Made by a program: the position numbers and the translations under genes. The notes under the pieces are model-generated. The model searched no databases, had not been told where the DNA came from, and saw only the letters and a list, made by a program, of their open reading frames with translations. Below, one piece after another: positions 11,544-22,784 of a DNA stretch of 46,431 nt. Each line of letters opens with the position of its first letter. Position 1 is the stretch's first letter. Source of the DNA: Guillardia theta CCMP2712 (lineage: Eukaryota > Protista > Cryptophyta); the NCBI RefSeq assembly GCF_000315625.1, contig NW_005434543.1, forward strand, positions 1 through 46,431, in the 5' to 3' direction.

Positions 11544-13032
11544 ACTCGCTGACCATCAGGCAGGAAGACGATTTGAGGAGAGGAAGTGAGAAACAAGAAG
11601 GAAGCAAGGGCACTAGGGGTAACGAAGGAACTGGCAGTAAGACAAAGAAGAAAGGAGGGGGGAGGAGCAAGGTACCATACGAAGGAGGGAAGGGAACAAC
11701 TGGGCAAGGAGTGGAAGGACAACGGAATGGGGAGCATATCATAATAGGATTGAAGGGAAAGTGAGGTTGCAGAAAAAGGAAAGCAAGACGAGTAGTCAGT
11801 AGGAGAGGAGGAATACATACACCTGCCATCCCAGAGTATTACCTACAGGTATCCCATGCACGATTCCTGCATAGCAGCAGATGCAGAGGCGGTGACAGAC
11901 ATGAGTTGTAAGAGAGTTGCGGATTTGTGGTTCAATGCAGTCAAGGGGGAAAAAAACGAAGCAGAGCAAAACAATGAGGACATGAAGAGGATGGCATATC
12001 AACAAGTGCGAGTGCAGTGAAGCTTCACAAGGATGAAGGTAAAAATGAGGTGAAGCGTGAGAGATAAAGATGGATCTGCAGAGACAACATTTGAACATAT
12101 GAAAGTAAATTAGCTGCTGCTGATAACAATGATGATGTGGTTGTTGTTATGGAACAAGCCGGGTCGATGCATGGTAAACAAACTTTGTTCAGATGTCGCA
12201 TATCAAAGAGTGATGTAGAGAAACTTGAGCAAGGAGAGCAAAAAAAACGACAACAAAGAGCTTACAGGTTTAATTGATATGAAAAGCTGTGAGAGAAGGA
12301 AGAAAAGACGTAAGTTGCATTCCAAACGTCCAAGATGGGAATACGGTATTGACATGCAGCAAACTTGTTGCTAGTGGCATAATCATGATGTAAGTGAAAC
12401 AAGTGAGAAATCGGAACTAAACAGACTCTCATCAAGATATGTTTGATTTCAAGAGATCTTGTAGTCAAGCAGAACAAAGGGCATGAAATCACCAATATCC
12501 GCACATCGATTGTGATAAGCTGCATCGCATTAATCTTTCAAACAACAGCTTCCTTGTTGGCAATGAAATGAATCTATTCGTCCTTCTTTGCCGTCTCGAA
12601 TTTCTTCTCTTCATTCCCTCCACACCATCCTCTCGTTCCCAGTTTGTTCTTCTTTCTTATTATCTCCCTCCTCTCGTTCCGTCTCCTGGTCTCTTCTACC
12701 TCCTATCTCTCTCCTTTCTTTCCTCCCCTTCTTTCCCTCTCGTCCATGATCTTTCTTCTTTCTCCTACCTGATCCTCAAGTTTCTCTCCTACCTGATCCC
12801 CATACTTCGACCCCCTCACATTCCGTCCCCACTTATCTACCCCCCTTGAAGCTTCTCCCCCTGGATCCCCACCTCCCCCCCCAAATTTCAGGCTCCTGCC
12901 CCCCTCCGCTCTCCCTCCCCTCCCGCGCTCGTTTCCTGCTCCCTCCCTTTCCCCTTCCAGTCCTGGGCCGATTGCGCCCTCCGACCCAGCCTCCTACCCG
13001 TCGCTTGCGCCCCCTCCTCCCCTACCCGCTGG

Positions 13033-15507
13033 ATGGCCTCGGGGCACAGGAGCGTTACTATCAGTGGCAGCGAGAGGGAGGAGGGAGGGAAGGGGAGGAC
13101 GAGGATGTGGATGGGGAGGCGAGGAGAGTCGCAATCGTTCCCCGTGTTCGAGGAATGGCTGACTGGAGGGCGCAAAGATGCAGTCGGAGGCAGCAGGACT
13201 GGGAGGGAGAGCAAGACATCGAGGCTGAGGAGGCAGGTGAGGAGCTCGAGCAGCCTGGAGCACCGGGAGGAGGAGGGAGGAGGAGAGACGGGACAGGTGC
13301 TTCCGATCCTGGCAGACATCGAGACGAGGATACAGGAGAGGATACAGGAGAATGCTCAGCGAGGGTCGTACCTGGGAGTGGAGAGCCTGCTCAAGGAGCT
13401 GCAGCTGTACGACCATCTCTTCCAGGACCTGGTGGACAAGACTGATGCTGTCTTCCCCATCGCCTCCCACCTCCTCCGATCCCTGTGGGAGAGCTTTGTG
13501 AGCATGATCAAGCAGAGCTTCATGGTCTACCTCCAACGCTCCTCCGACCTCAACGACCGCAACGTCCTCCTCGACCGCGAGGTCAAGCACAGCTCCAACA
13601 CCGCGCACGAGCTGCATGCTCGCGTTGTGACGCTCGAGGGAGCCTTGTCAAAGATGCGCGAGGAGCTGGTGACATGCAGGAAGCAGCTGAGCCAGGCGCA
13701 GCAGAAGATGCAGCTCAAGGACAGCTGGATCCGAGCTCGAGGGCGAGAGAAAGACTCGAGAGAGTTCCCGCTCAAGTCCACCATGAAGGTGCTGGAGGAG
13801 GTGGAGGGGGAGCAAGACGCGAGTCTGAGCGTGCTGGAGGAGATAGAGGATCTGTTCGAGATGCGGGTGGAGGAGGAGTCCAGGTCCTCCTCGGCTCGCA
13901 GAGAGCACTCGCACAAGATGCTGTCCAAGTGGAAGGAGGAGATGCTCTCCCTCCGCCAGCAGAACAAGACGCTACGAGCTGGCCTCCAGCATGCAGAGGA
14001 GGAGACGAGGAGGCTGTCGGACCAGGCAGCCAAGTATCTGAACCTGCTCGAGAGCTTGAGGGACAGCAATCAGACGCCGCGACCTCACTGGGACGACTTG
14101 TTTGAGCGCGTCTGTCCCCAGCTCTCGCACATGACCATCGTCAACTTGACTTCCAGCACGGAGCTGCGTCAGGCCTCCTACAAGGGCGCCACCGCTGACC
14201 GCGTCCTCTTCATGGCCGAGCTGCTCGCCCGCCTGCTGCCGTCCGAGCATCAAGCTGAGCCGCAAGTTACTAAGAGCAAGTTCTTCGAGGCCCGGGGGAC
14301 AGGCAGGAGCGTTCCTCTCTACCTTCGAAGCAAGAACCCGGTCAGGAACCGCTCCATGGGCAAGCAGGAGACTCTGCTGCTCGTGCATGGCATCGTCAAC
14401 TCGCGGTACAAGCGGCGAGGGGCAGCCAAGGCGGCGTCGCTACAAGAGGACATCTTCGACTACCTCAAGTCCCGATGTCAGTTCGACTTCGGAGCTGCGG
14501 TCGAGCTGGGGTACAACCTGGTGGAGGGGTGTAACAAGTACGTGGAGGAGCCGTTCATCCAGCTGTTCAGGGGCGTCATGGAGGGCACGTTGCCCGAGGC
14601 CCTGCTGCTGGATTCTGTGGCTCTCGTCGAGGAGCTGGCAATGAAGCTGAGAGAAGCAGGAGAGGAGAGGCAGAGCGAGGGGAGGATGGAGGTGAAGACA
14701 GTGGAGGAGCTTGTTAGAAGTTACTTCCCCTACAAGGACCGGCGCAAGATCACAGGTGAGCTCCTGTCTTGCAGCCTCCCTCGCTCATGCTCCTCCTCCT
14801 CCAGAGCTCCTGCAAGCCTTCGACCTGCCTCATCCTACAGGAAGGAAGGACGAGACACGCGTCCCTCGCAGTGATGACGTACAAGCCCCTCCCTCCCTCC
14901 TCGTGTGATGATAGCGCAGATTGTAGAGTATGAGCTGCTCTTTCTCGAGGACGAGGCTCGCGTCGAGGTATCATATCGCTCTCATGTCAAGAGCTACATG
15001 TACTACCAGCTCATCTCACTGCACTACATGTACTACCAGCTCATCTCACTGCACTACATGTACTACCAGCTGATCTCACTGCACTACATGTACTACCAGC
15101 TCATCTCACTGCACTACATGTACTACCAGCTGATCTCACTGCACTACATGTACTACCAGCTCATCTCACTGCACTACATGTACTACCAGCTCATCTCACT
15201 GCACTACATGTACTACCAGCTGATCTCACTGAGCTAACTTTTCATACCTTTACTGCCTCAGGGTCCTTTCGCGCAGCTGGTCAAAGAGCAGGCGCTGATG
15301 GAGAGAAAGGAGATCATGATTGAGGTATTACTTTGAAAGCAACCTGTTGCTGCTTCTTTCAACCTACCCCTCTCTTCTCTCATTCTCCTTCTTTTCTTTC
15401 TTTTCGTTCTTCTCCTTCAGCTCGAGCGTCAACTCCGTAACTTCCAGAGGCCTGGAAGGCAAGCTGTCATGCCGCATCAGGTGGGCAGAGTGGGGAAAGG
15501 GGGAATG

Positions 15508-15543
<36 letters not shown>

Positions 15544-16209
15544 GGGAGAGGCGGGGGGAGGGGGAGGAGATGGAGAGCGGAAGGGAGTCGGTAGTAGTTG
15601 ATTACCTTCTAGCTCAAGCAAGCAATAGCGTCGACGGATGAAGGATTTCCTCCAGAAGAGGTGCTCCACCACCAACACCACCACCACCACCTCCTCCTCC
15701 TCCTCCTCCTTCCCTCCCTCTCCTCTTCCCCCTCCCCCTTCTCCCCGACCTCCTTCTCCTCCTCCCTTCCTGTCTTGCTGTTTCGCCTCAACCTGCCACA
15801 GGTCGAGCGGCTCTTTCAGATCGCGATGGAAGCAGCGGCGAACCCGCAAGAGGAAGACGAGCAAGTCAAAGTCAAAGACATCCTCCAAGCACTGCGATGG
15901 TGAGCAGCAAGTGTGTTGTCAGTCATCGTCCCCTGCACTGTTTGCTTTCTTTTCTCCTCTCCCTCCTCTCCCTCATCTTTTACTCCTTCCCATTCTAACC
16001 TCTCCATCCCCTTCCTCCTTCCTCTTCTAACCTCTCCATCCCCTTCCTCACCTCTCTCCGCCGCAACATGGCGGGTATGAATGAACTCAGCCTCCTTGAA
16101 GTCTCCTCGTCTTCTCAGCTCATGAGGTGGCAGGGCCCCGGGGCTTCGCAGGTTCTCCTCCTACGGGGTTCGCGTCAACGATGTCAAGCTCCTCTTCTCG
16201 TCTCCTTGA
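13033..16209 (+). CDS. Translin-associated factor X-interacting protein 1 (TSNAXIP1)-like coiled-coil, probable flagellar protein
   Basis: A long first exon encodes a coiled coil, a TPRPxW motif, FFEARGTGRSVPLYLRSKNPVRNRSMGKQET (resembles TSNAXIP1 F.G.G....P.FLR..G.V.N...SK) and AVELGYNL. Later exons give GPFAQLVKEQ and QALRWAPGLRRFSS, with a stop at 16207-16209. The start codon is uncertain. Confidence 0.7.
14993..15232 (+). repeat. 30-bp minisatellite, 8 copies (ctacatgtactaccagct[c/g]atctcactgca), intronic
   Basis: Directly visible tandem array inside the intron ~14968-15261 of the TSNAXIP1-like gene. Confidence 0.95.
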
Positions 16210-16269
16210 GCCTCCCGCCCGCCATGTATCGCCCAACTTATCCCTTGTCAGTAGACGCCACCTACTATG

Positions 16270-16965
16270 ATCCGAGGCTCACTGTCACTATGGTACGCTC
16301 GGACTCGGTCACTGGTTCTTTATCCGGCGGCGACTCTTCAATCCGATCACTGTCTGCTACTAACCAAAGGCTAACCCGGCGTGGCATATTAGGGGGGGGG
16401 GGCAGTCACAGTGGGCGCCTCGGTAATCGGGCCCTGGCGGCGGGTGCCGCCGGCATTCCCGCCCCGGGTAGTGAGCCGGCGGACTCGGGACTCAGGCTCG
16501 GACCCGGCGACAGTCACTGCGCGGCGGTCGGCGCCCGGTCACAACCGCCGGCTACGTGACCGGGCCGTGCCAGGACTACATGCCGTTCACTTTTAGCCCT
16601 TTCGTTAATTTCCGTACGGGCCGGCGTCACGGTAGGCCCGGCTTCAACCCGGAGGCTTCCGTAAGTTCCCGGACTACCGTAGCCTGTACTGTAGTACCAA
16701 ATTGGCACGTATCAGTATTCCCGGAGTCACTGCCCCGTCCCACTGCGGATCGGACCGGCGTACAGGGCCGCGGCAGGGCGGCCGCCACGCCCCGGGCCCG
16801 CGGGTGGGGGCGGCGGCGGTCGGCGGCCCGGCCCGGACTCCCCGGAATCCGGTGATCGGAATTCAACCCGGAGGCTGGCAGGCCCGGGGGCCGGCCCGGG
16901 CCGGCGGGGCCTTAGAGCCGCTTCGACACTGAGCCTCACCGGGCCTCATCACTAGGCTCGCCTCA
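16270..16965. promoter_or_regulatory. CCGG/GACT-rich intergenic island 2
   Basis: About 25 CCGG by eye in ~650 bp, plus GGACTC(G/A)G and TCACTG motifs. No credible ORF. Confidence 0.55.
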
Positions 16966-17115
16966 GTTTTTTTGATATTTCAATAGTACCCGTGGGTGGT
17001 GTGTTGACCCCTTTAATTCCGCGCAACCACAGAGAAAAGCACCAGAGAGTTGACCCGCTTGAGAACATGGGGGGTATGGGGGGACTGGGGGTAGTGAGCC
17101 TAACGAAGAGCCGCG

Positions 17116-17607
17116 ATGGAGAGACGTGCGGTGTTGATGGCAGGGATGGCCGCCATGGCCGCTGTCCTCTTAGCGATAACAGCCATGGTTGCTACTGCTC
17201 AGAACAGATCTTCCCTCCTCCAGGTCGTTGTTCGCCGCCCAGCTCTTATGCGAATCCCAAGAGGATCGAAGCTGTATGATGCCGCGCTTGAGCCCCTCTA
17301 CACGGAGGGAGACAACGTCATCAGCGCCTACAGCTGGCAGGACCAGCATGGCAGTGAGTACGATCCTGAGGCACAGAATGTCTATGCCGATCTCCCCATG
17401 GAGAGAGACAGCATCTTTGATCCGGATGATGAGTTCAGAGGCCTTGCACCCAAGGACATGTCAAAGAGCTGCGACAAGTTTGGCTCGTGCGAGGAGCCAG
17501 TGAATGCATGGGCTGACCTGCCAGACACTGAGGCCAGATCGATGAGCTTCAGATCTCCTTATGTTGCGCCTCTCAACGCCTGGGAAGACATGACCCTCGA
17601 TTATTAA
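17116..17607 (+). CDS. Hypothetical secreted or membrane-anchored protein, 163 aa, single exon
   Basis: Clean ATG-to-stop ORF with a hydrophobic N-terminus (AVLMAGMAAMAAVLLAITAMVATA), an acidic body and a repeated 'NAWxDx' motif. No family recognised. Confidence 0.65.
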   Translation: MERRAVLMAGMAAMAAVLLAITAMVATAQNRSSLLQVVVRRPALMRIPRGSKLYDAALEPLYTEGDNVISAYSWQDQHGSEYDPEAQNVYADLPMERDSIFDPDDEFRGLAPKDMSKSCDKFGSCEEPVNAWADLPDTEARSMSFRSPYVAPLNAWEDMTLDY

Positions 17608-18360
17608 CTGTTCGTTGACCACTGCGGTTGGGCAAGTACTTTGTTCTTGCATTTTGTTTCATACGCCTAATACAACTGAACCGAAGCTTGATCTTGTTCA
17701 CTTGTCTGCATGTACTGACCAGTTTCAGGTTGCATCAGATCTGTCGCTCTGCTGGCGTGAAGGTACACAGTCGGCATTGACATAATGATGGAGCGTGGTG
17801 CTCTTGTTGTGTTCCTCGTTCATTTGGTCGGTTCATTCAATCGATGGCAAGCTCGCTCAGTAGGTGAAGGAAACGTTCGCTCTCTCTTCCCTGTCAGATG
17901 GAAGAAGCTGGGTGAAAAAGCCATCTAACCAGGTCGAAAGAGTCAGGCTGTACTGAACGTTTGCTTCGACATCGATGGACACATCCTTGGGATGATCGTC
18001 CTATTCATTCTTGAGCTTTGCAAACCTGTAACTTTGTGCTCCTCTACTGAAGCGATCATGACCTCTCATGGTGGAATCGATGAACCTTCATCTAACTGGT
18101 TCCCTCAAACTAACTTCATCTCCCTTGAGAGTCCGGTGATTCAATTTCCTGCAGAGCCGATGTACATACCTTTCACTGTTAACCCCGTCGTATCTCTAGA
18201 TCGCTGCTTTCTTCGTCGCGTTCGACATCGTCTAATCTCATCGTTCTATCGATATCATGTGATGATCATTGTCAAGATCAAATCATGATCATTGTCAAGA
18301 CGACATCATGATCATCGTAAGTCATCATCGCTATCGCAGTATGTTACAGTCATTGTGCTA

Positions 18361-18446
18361 TCACCATCATCGTCTCCATCACCATCATCGTCTCCATCAC
18401 CATCATCGTCTCCATCACCATCATCGTCTCCATCACCATCATCGTC
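18361..18446. repeat. 18-bp tandem repeat (tcaccatcatcgtctcca), about 5 copies
   Basis: Directly visible; preceded by a duplicated atgatcattgtcaaga at ~18262-18300. Confidence 0.9.
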
Positions 18447-19322
18447 TGGTTCGGTCTTCAGGCTGCTGTACACCATGGTTGAGGCGGACCTGAACACACA
18501 ACAGGGGGTAGGGTATGTGAGAATCTGGGGATTATTTGCCAAGGGGGTAGCAAACATGGAAATGGTGGGGTACTTGGATGGTAGAAAAGTGGGGTAGAGG
18601 AAACGTATGGGGTGTGATACCAGGGTAGGGTTAATGTGTCCCCTCATGGGGTAGGGAGCCAGGGTTCCTTGTCACCATGACGAAATGGCAATAAGAAGGA
18701 AAATGACGACGGAGATGAGAATGAGCAGAGGAGTAGAAGGAGAAGGAGGAGGAGAAGAAGAAGAAGAAGGAGAAGAGGAAGAAGAGGAAGAAGAAAAATA
18801 AGTGGGGAAGGAGACGATGAGACGAAGCAGACTGTGAAGAGTATGAGGAGAGGTTGTGCGGAAGTGTAGGCATGGACGATCAATAAGAATGTGGGCCCGG
18901 TAGGAGATGAAAATTTGAGACGGGCATGAAAGAAACAGAAAGGCGTTGCTGATGACATAAAGTCCTGAAGAAGTTTTTTCACTCCAAATGTTTTTCGTCA
19001 AAGATAGGATAGATGATGAAAATGGGAAGTATAACTGGATAGTTCGTTTGTGCGGCGGATTTCTGCCCCATGAAGTTGATCGGTAAGCGCTGAGGAAGAG
19101 AGCAATGTTCAGGATCAGGGAAGTATGCATACCATTACCTGCTGCTTGCTCACACATGATGGAAACATGCGGCATGATGGGGAGAGGACTTCGATCTCTG
19201 ACAGTCGTCACTTGGACAACAGGCGCGAAGTGGCAGAGTCATCCGACTTCGGAGGGGTTGCAGCATGCAGGTGTGGAGATGCCAGCGAGACTCATCTTTG
19301 ACCTCACTCCTTCTCTTCAGAG

Positions 19323-21296
19323 CATGCAGACGAAGCTGCTCTGCAGCGAGAGGGTCCTCCTCGCACTTGTCGCCTCTACAGTGAGTTTGCTTTGGAGGGG
19401 AACGAGTTAACGTCCAGTGCGACTTACACCTGTTGCTCCGTCAGGTTGCGTTTGTCGTCCTATCAGCCACCATCGACTTCTCCCATCCTCGTCCTGCTGC
19501 TCTCCGAGACTCCATGTCCACCCTGCCGCAGTTCACGCAGGAGGAGGGGGAGATGAAGGTAAGAGAGGTCCGTGCCGTGACCTGCCTTGAATGCCATGCA
19601 GGCTCATGAGAATTTCTACGAGTCGGAAGGAAGCTCTCCTTCTCGCCAATCCTCATGGACGGGCAATGGTCAGTGTCGCTCGCTCCGTCCTCCTTCCCCT
19701 CCTCGTCCCTCTCCCCCTCCCCTCCTCCCTCCCCCATCTTCTCCTCCGTCTCCTCGTCTTCCTCCTCACCTTTCTCCCACCCCAGCCTCTCACTCTTTTC
19801 CCTCTCCCGTCCTCCTTCCACGTTCTTGCTCCTTCTCGTATGCCTCCTCCTTGCTCTTAACATTGATCCTTGGAGTGCAGGAGGGGCAGCGTTCAAGTAC
19901 CTCCAGCATGAAGCATCGAACCCTGTAACAGCGAGCAAGAGCATCGCGAGGCGAAGGGACTGATGGAGGGGATGGCTCAGGTCACGGAGGCGGAGGAAGG
20001 GTTGAGGAGGAGCCTTCGAGGACGATCTTCCAGCTCAGATCGGTGAGGGAGAGGGGAAGGGAGAGGAAGGAGGAGGGAAGGGGAGTGGGGGAGGGGGAGG
20101 GGAGGGGAAGAAGGATGAGGAGCTGTGTTGTGTTTGATGCTGATGTATGCGTCAAGGGTGGACTTGTACGGAGCATGGGGATCGAGCAGGAGGAGGCATC
20201 GAGATGATTACGTGGAGGTCAGAGAGGACGGGGAGGAGGAGGCGTGACGGTATTGGCGGCAGAGGTTGCGGAAACTTGAGCAGAAGAAGCGGGAGAGGAG
20301 GGACAGCGACTTTTTCGCAGGTGAAGAAGCTTCAGCCAGTGGAACTGAGCGGGAGGGAGGGAGGGAGGGAGGGAGGGAGGGAGGGAGGGAGGGAGGTGAG
20401 GTGAGGTGAGGGAGGAAGGAGGGAGAGACGGAAGGGAGAGAGGGAGGGAGGGAGGGATTGAGAAATCAACAGGTGTTACGAAGGCCTTCGGGAAGAAGGA
20501 AGGGAATTTGCTGATGAACAAGTTTGACCCTCAGAGGTAGGGGGATGAGCGAGACACTGAGAAAGAGGGAGAGACAGAGGAGATGGATGCGTTGATGGAA
20601 GTGAGGANNNNNNNNNNNNNNNNNNNNNNNNNNNNNNNNNNNNNNNNNNNNNNNNNNNNNNNNNNNNNNNNNNNNNNNNNNNNNNNNNNNNNNNNNNNNN
20701 NNNNNNNAGGAGTAGGAGGACGAGGAGGAGGAGGAGGGGAAGAGATTCGTGACTTGTCGAAGGTGCCCAAGGGTTTTCACCATCTCGGGGTGATCTCGAG
20801 TGGTAGGAAGATCGAACAGCTGGTGAAGGAGTACAAGACAGCAAAAGGTAATCTCCTCCTCCTCCTCCTCCTCCTCCTCCTCCTCCTCCTCCTCGGTTCC
20901 TTCTCCTCCACCCCTTTCCCTCTTGCTTCTCTTCATCGTCCTCCTCCTCCTCGTTTCAATCTCCTCCTCCTCCTCGCTTTCTTACATCCTGTTCACTCCT
21001 TCCTCCCCCCCCTTTCACTTTTATGCTTCCTCGCTCTGCCTCCTCCCATTCCTTTCCTTTCTCTCCCTCCTCCCCATCGTCGCATGTCTCTATTCCCTTA
21101 TTCTTCTCCTCTCGACAGGCAAACGGCACAAGTCGCAGCTGAAGGATCGCATAGAGGATCTACAGCAGAGCATAGAGGATGACTTTCAACGAGTGACCTC
21201 CTTCGGCAAGCGGCAAGAATCCTCGCCCTCCTCCCCCTCCCCTTCTCCACTTCCTCCCCCTCTTACTCCCCTTACTCCCCTTGCTTCCTTCTAACT

Positions 21297-21332
<36 letters not shown>

Positions 21333-21350
21333 CCTGCTCCTGCTCCTGCC

Positions 21351-21395
<45 letters not shown>

Positions 21396-21689
21396 CTTGA
21401 ACCCCATGATCTCCTCGCTCCGCTTCCTCGTTGCCTTCACCTCATCTTGTTGCAGGGCGGAAACAGCTCTGAAACGTGCGGAGAAGAAGAAAGCGAGCCA
21501 GGGCAAGAAAACGCACCCGGGCCACCCGCATGGATCTGTGAGAGATCGCTCAGCCCCCTCCTCCCTTCCTCCCTCCCTTCCTCCCTCCTCTTGCTTGGTC
21601 CTTGCTTTCTTTCCCCCCATTCATCTTCTGCAGCTCAACCTCTTTGACAGAACCCCAACCACCATGGCGACCCCATGCCGTCGCGTTGA
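19323..21689 (+). CDS. Hypothetical type II membrane/coiled-coil protein, multi-exon, spans an assembly gap
   Basis: Exons give MQTKLLCSERVLLALVAST|VAFVVLSATIDFSHPRPAAL..., GRKIEQLVKEYKTAKG|KRHKSQLKDRIEDLQQSIEDDFQRVTSFGKR|AETALKRAEKKK... with frame-consistent splice sites. No family recognised. Confidence 0.55.
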
Positions 21690-21841
21690 TGTAAATGTTG
21701 TAGATAACAAGCTCACTTCTTGTCAACAAAGATTCTCCACTACCACCATCATCACTTTCTCCTCCTCCTCCTCCTCCTCCTCCTCCTCCTCCTCCTCTCC
21801 CTGCCCTCTACTCACTTCCTCCTCTCCTCCCCGTCATGCTC

Positions 21842-22198
21842 TCAGTGTAGCTCGACTTTGCTCAGCAGTCGGTCCATCTTGTCGCTAAGGTCGAGCTGCA
21901 TGCGCTTCACCCTCCTGCTCTTCTCCTGCCAGCTCGTCACGTCCTCTCAGAGCAGCTGCGACTCGCCTTGAGCTGCTGCAGCCGCGCCAGCTTCTCCAGC
22001 TCCTCCTGCCCCCGACCTGACGAGCACCATGAGCTACGATAGAGCATGCGACTTGATACTTTCTGCCTCCTGCGGCACATGAGGCGTATGTGACCTCCCA
22101 TGCCACGCCTGGACGAGATGTCAGCCACCAAGGGGGGGAAGACAAGGAGAACGGGGGAGGAGAGAGGGAGGAACCAGAGAAGGACGAGGACGAGGACG

Positions 22199-22278
<80 letters not shown>

Positions 22279-22285
22279 CAGGAGC

Positions 22286-22338
<53 letters not shown>

Positions 22339-22739
22339 AATGCAAATGAACTTTGTGACACCTGGAAGGAGTCGACGATCCATTCGGAGTCACTCTGATC
22401 CCAGAGGTCCGTGGAGGGAAGAGAATCTCTCATAGTCCTGCGATATGAGTGTGAGAGAGGAAGGAGTTGCTACAAGACACGTACTCGTGGAACTGACGCA
22501 CTGACATGTCAGTCGACCCACTCAGACTTGTCTTGAACGTTATCAGATGTCTCTGCAACACGATCAGGACAGGAAGGAAAAACAAGCAAGAAGGTTCTTC
22601 TCACCTTGTCTGGATCATACATGACGTACCGGGCGGGACCAACTTTTCTAAAGATCTTATCCCTTGAGGACAGCAAGAATGGCAACTTCAAGTTGTCCGC
22701 CAGGAGGATGCTGAGATTGCTCCAGTCATCGTCAAGATG

Positions 22740-22784
<45 letters not shown>

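Noticed and set aside
11800-12560. Possible small or decayed genes here and at 7099-7344, 17750-18250, 18900-19100, 35930-36500 and 38400-39030
   Set aside because: Some splice-like signals and short frames are present, but I could not build a consistent protein or recognise a domain.
14993-15232. 30-bp repeat as a CRISPR array
   Set aside because: The copies are head-to-tail with no unique spacers, in a eukaryotic intron, with no cas genes nearby.
16411-16939. Overlapping R/P/G/A-rich ORFs in the GC islands (also at 1425-1652, 30291-30874, 42315-42575, 44578-44873)
   Set aside because: These are artefacts of high GC content, with no domain signal and multiple open frames.
21885-22435. ORFs with poly-L, (RS)n, (EQ)n, (PA)n, (CS)n, (LPAC)n and similar tracts throughout the ORF track
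   Set aside because: They are stop-free translations of intronic or intergenic microsatellites, open in several frames at once.
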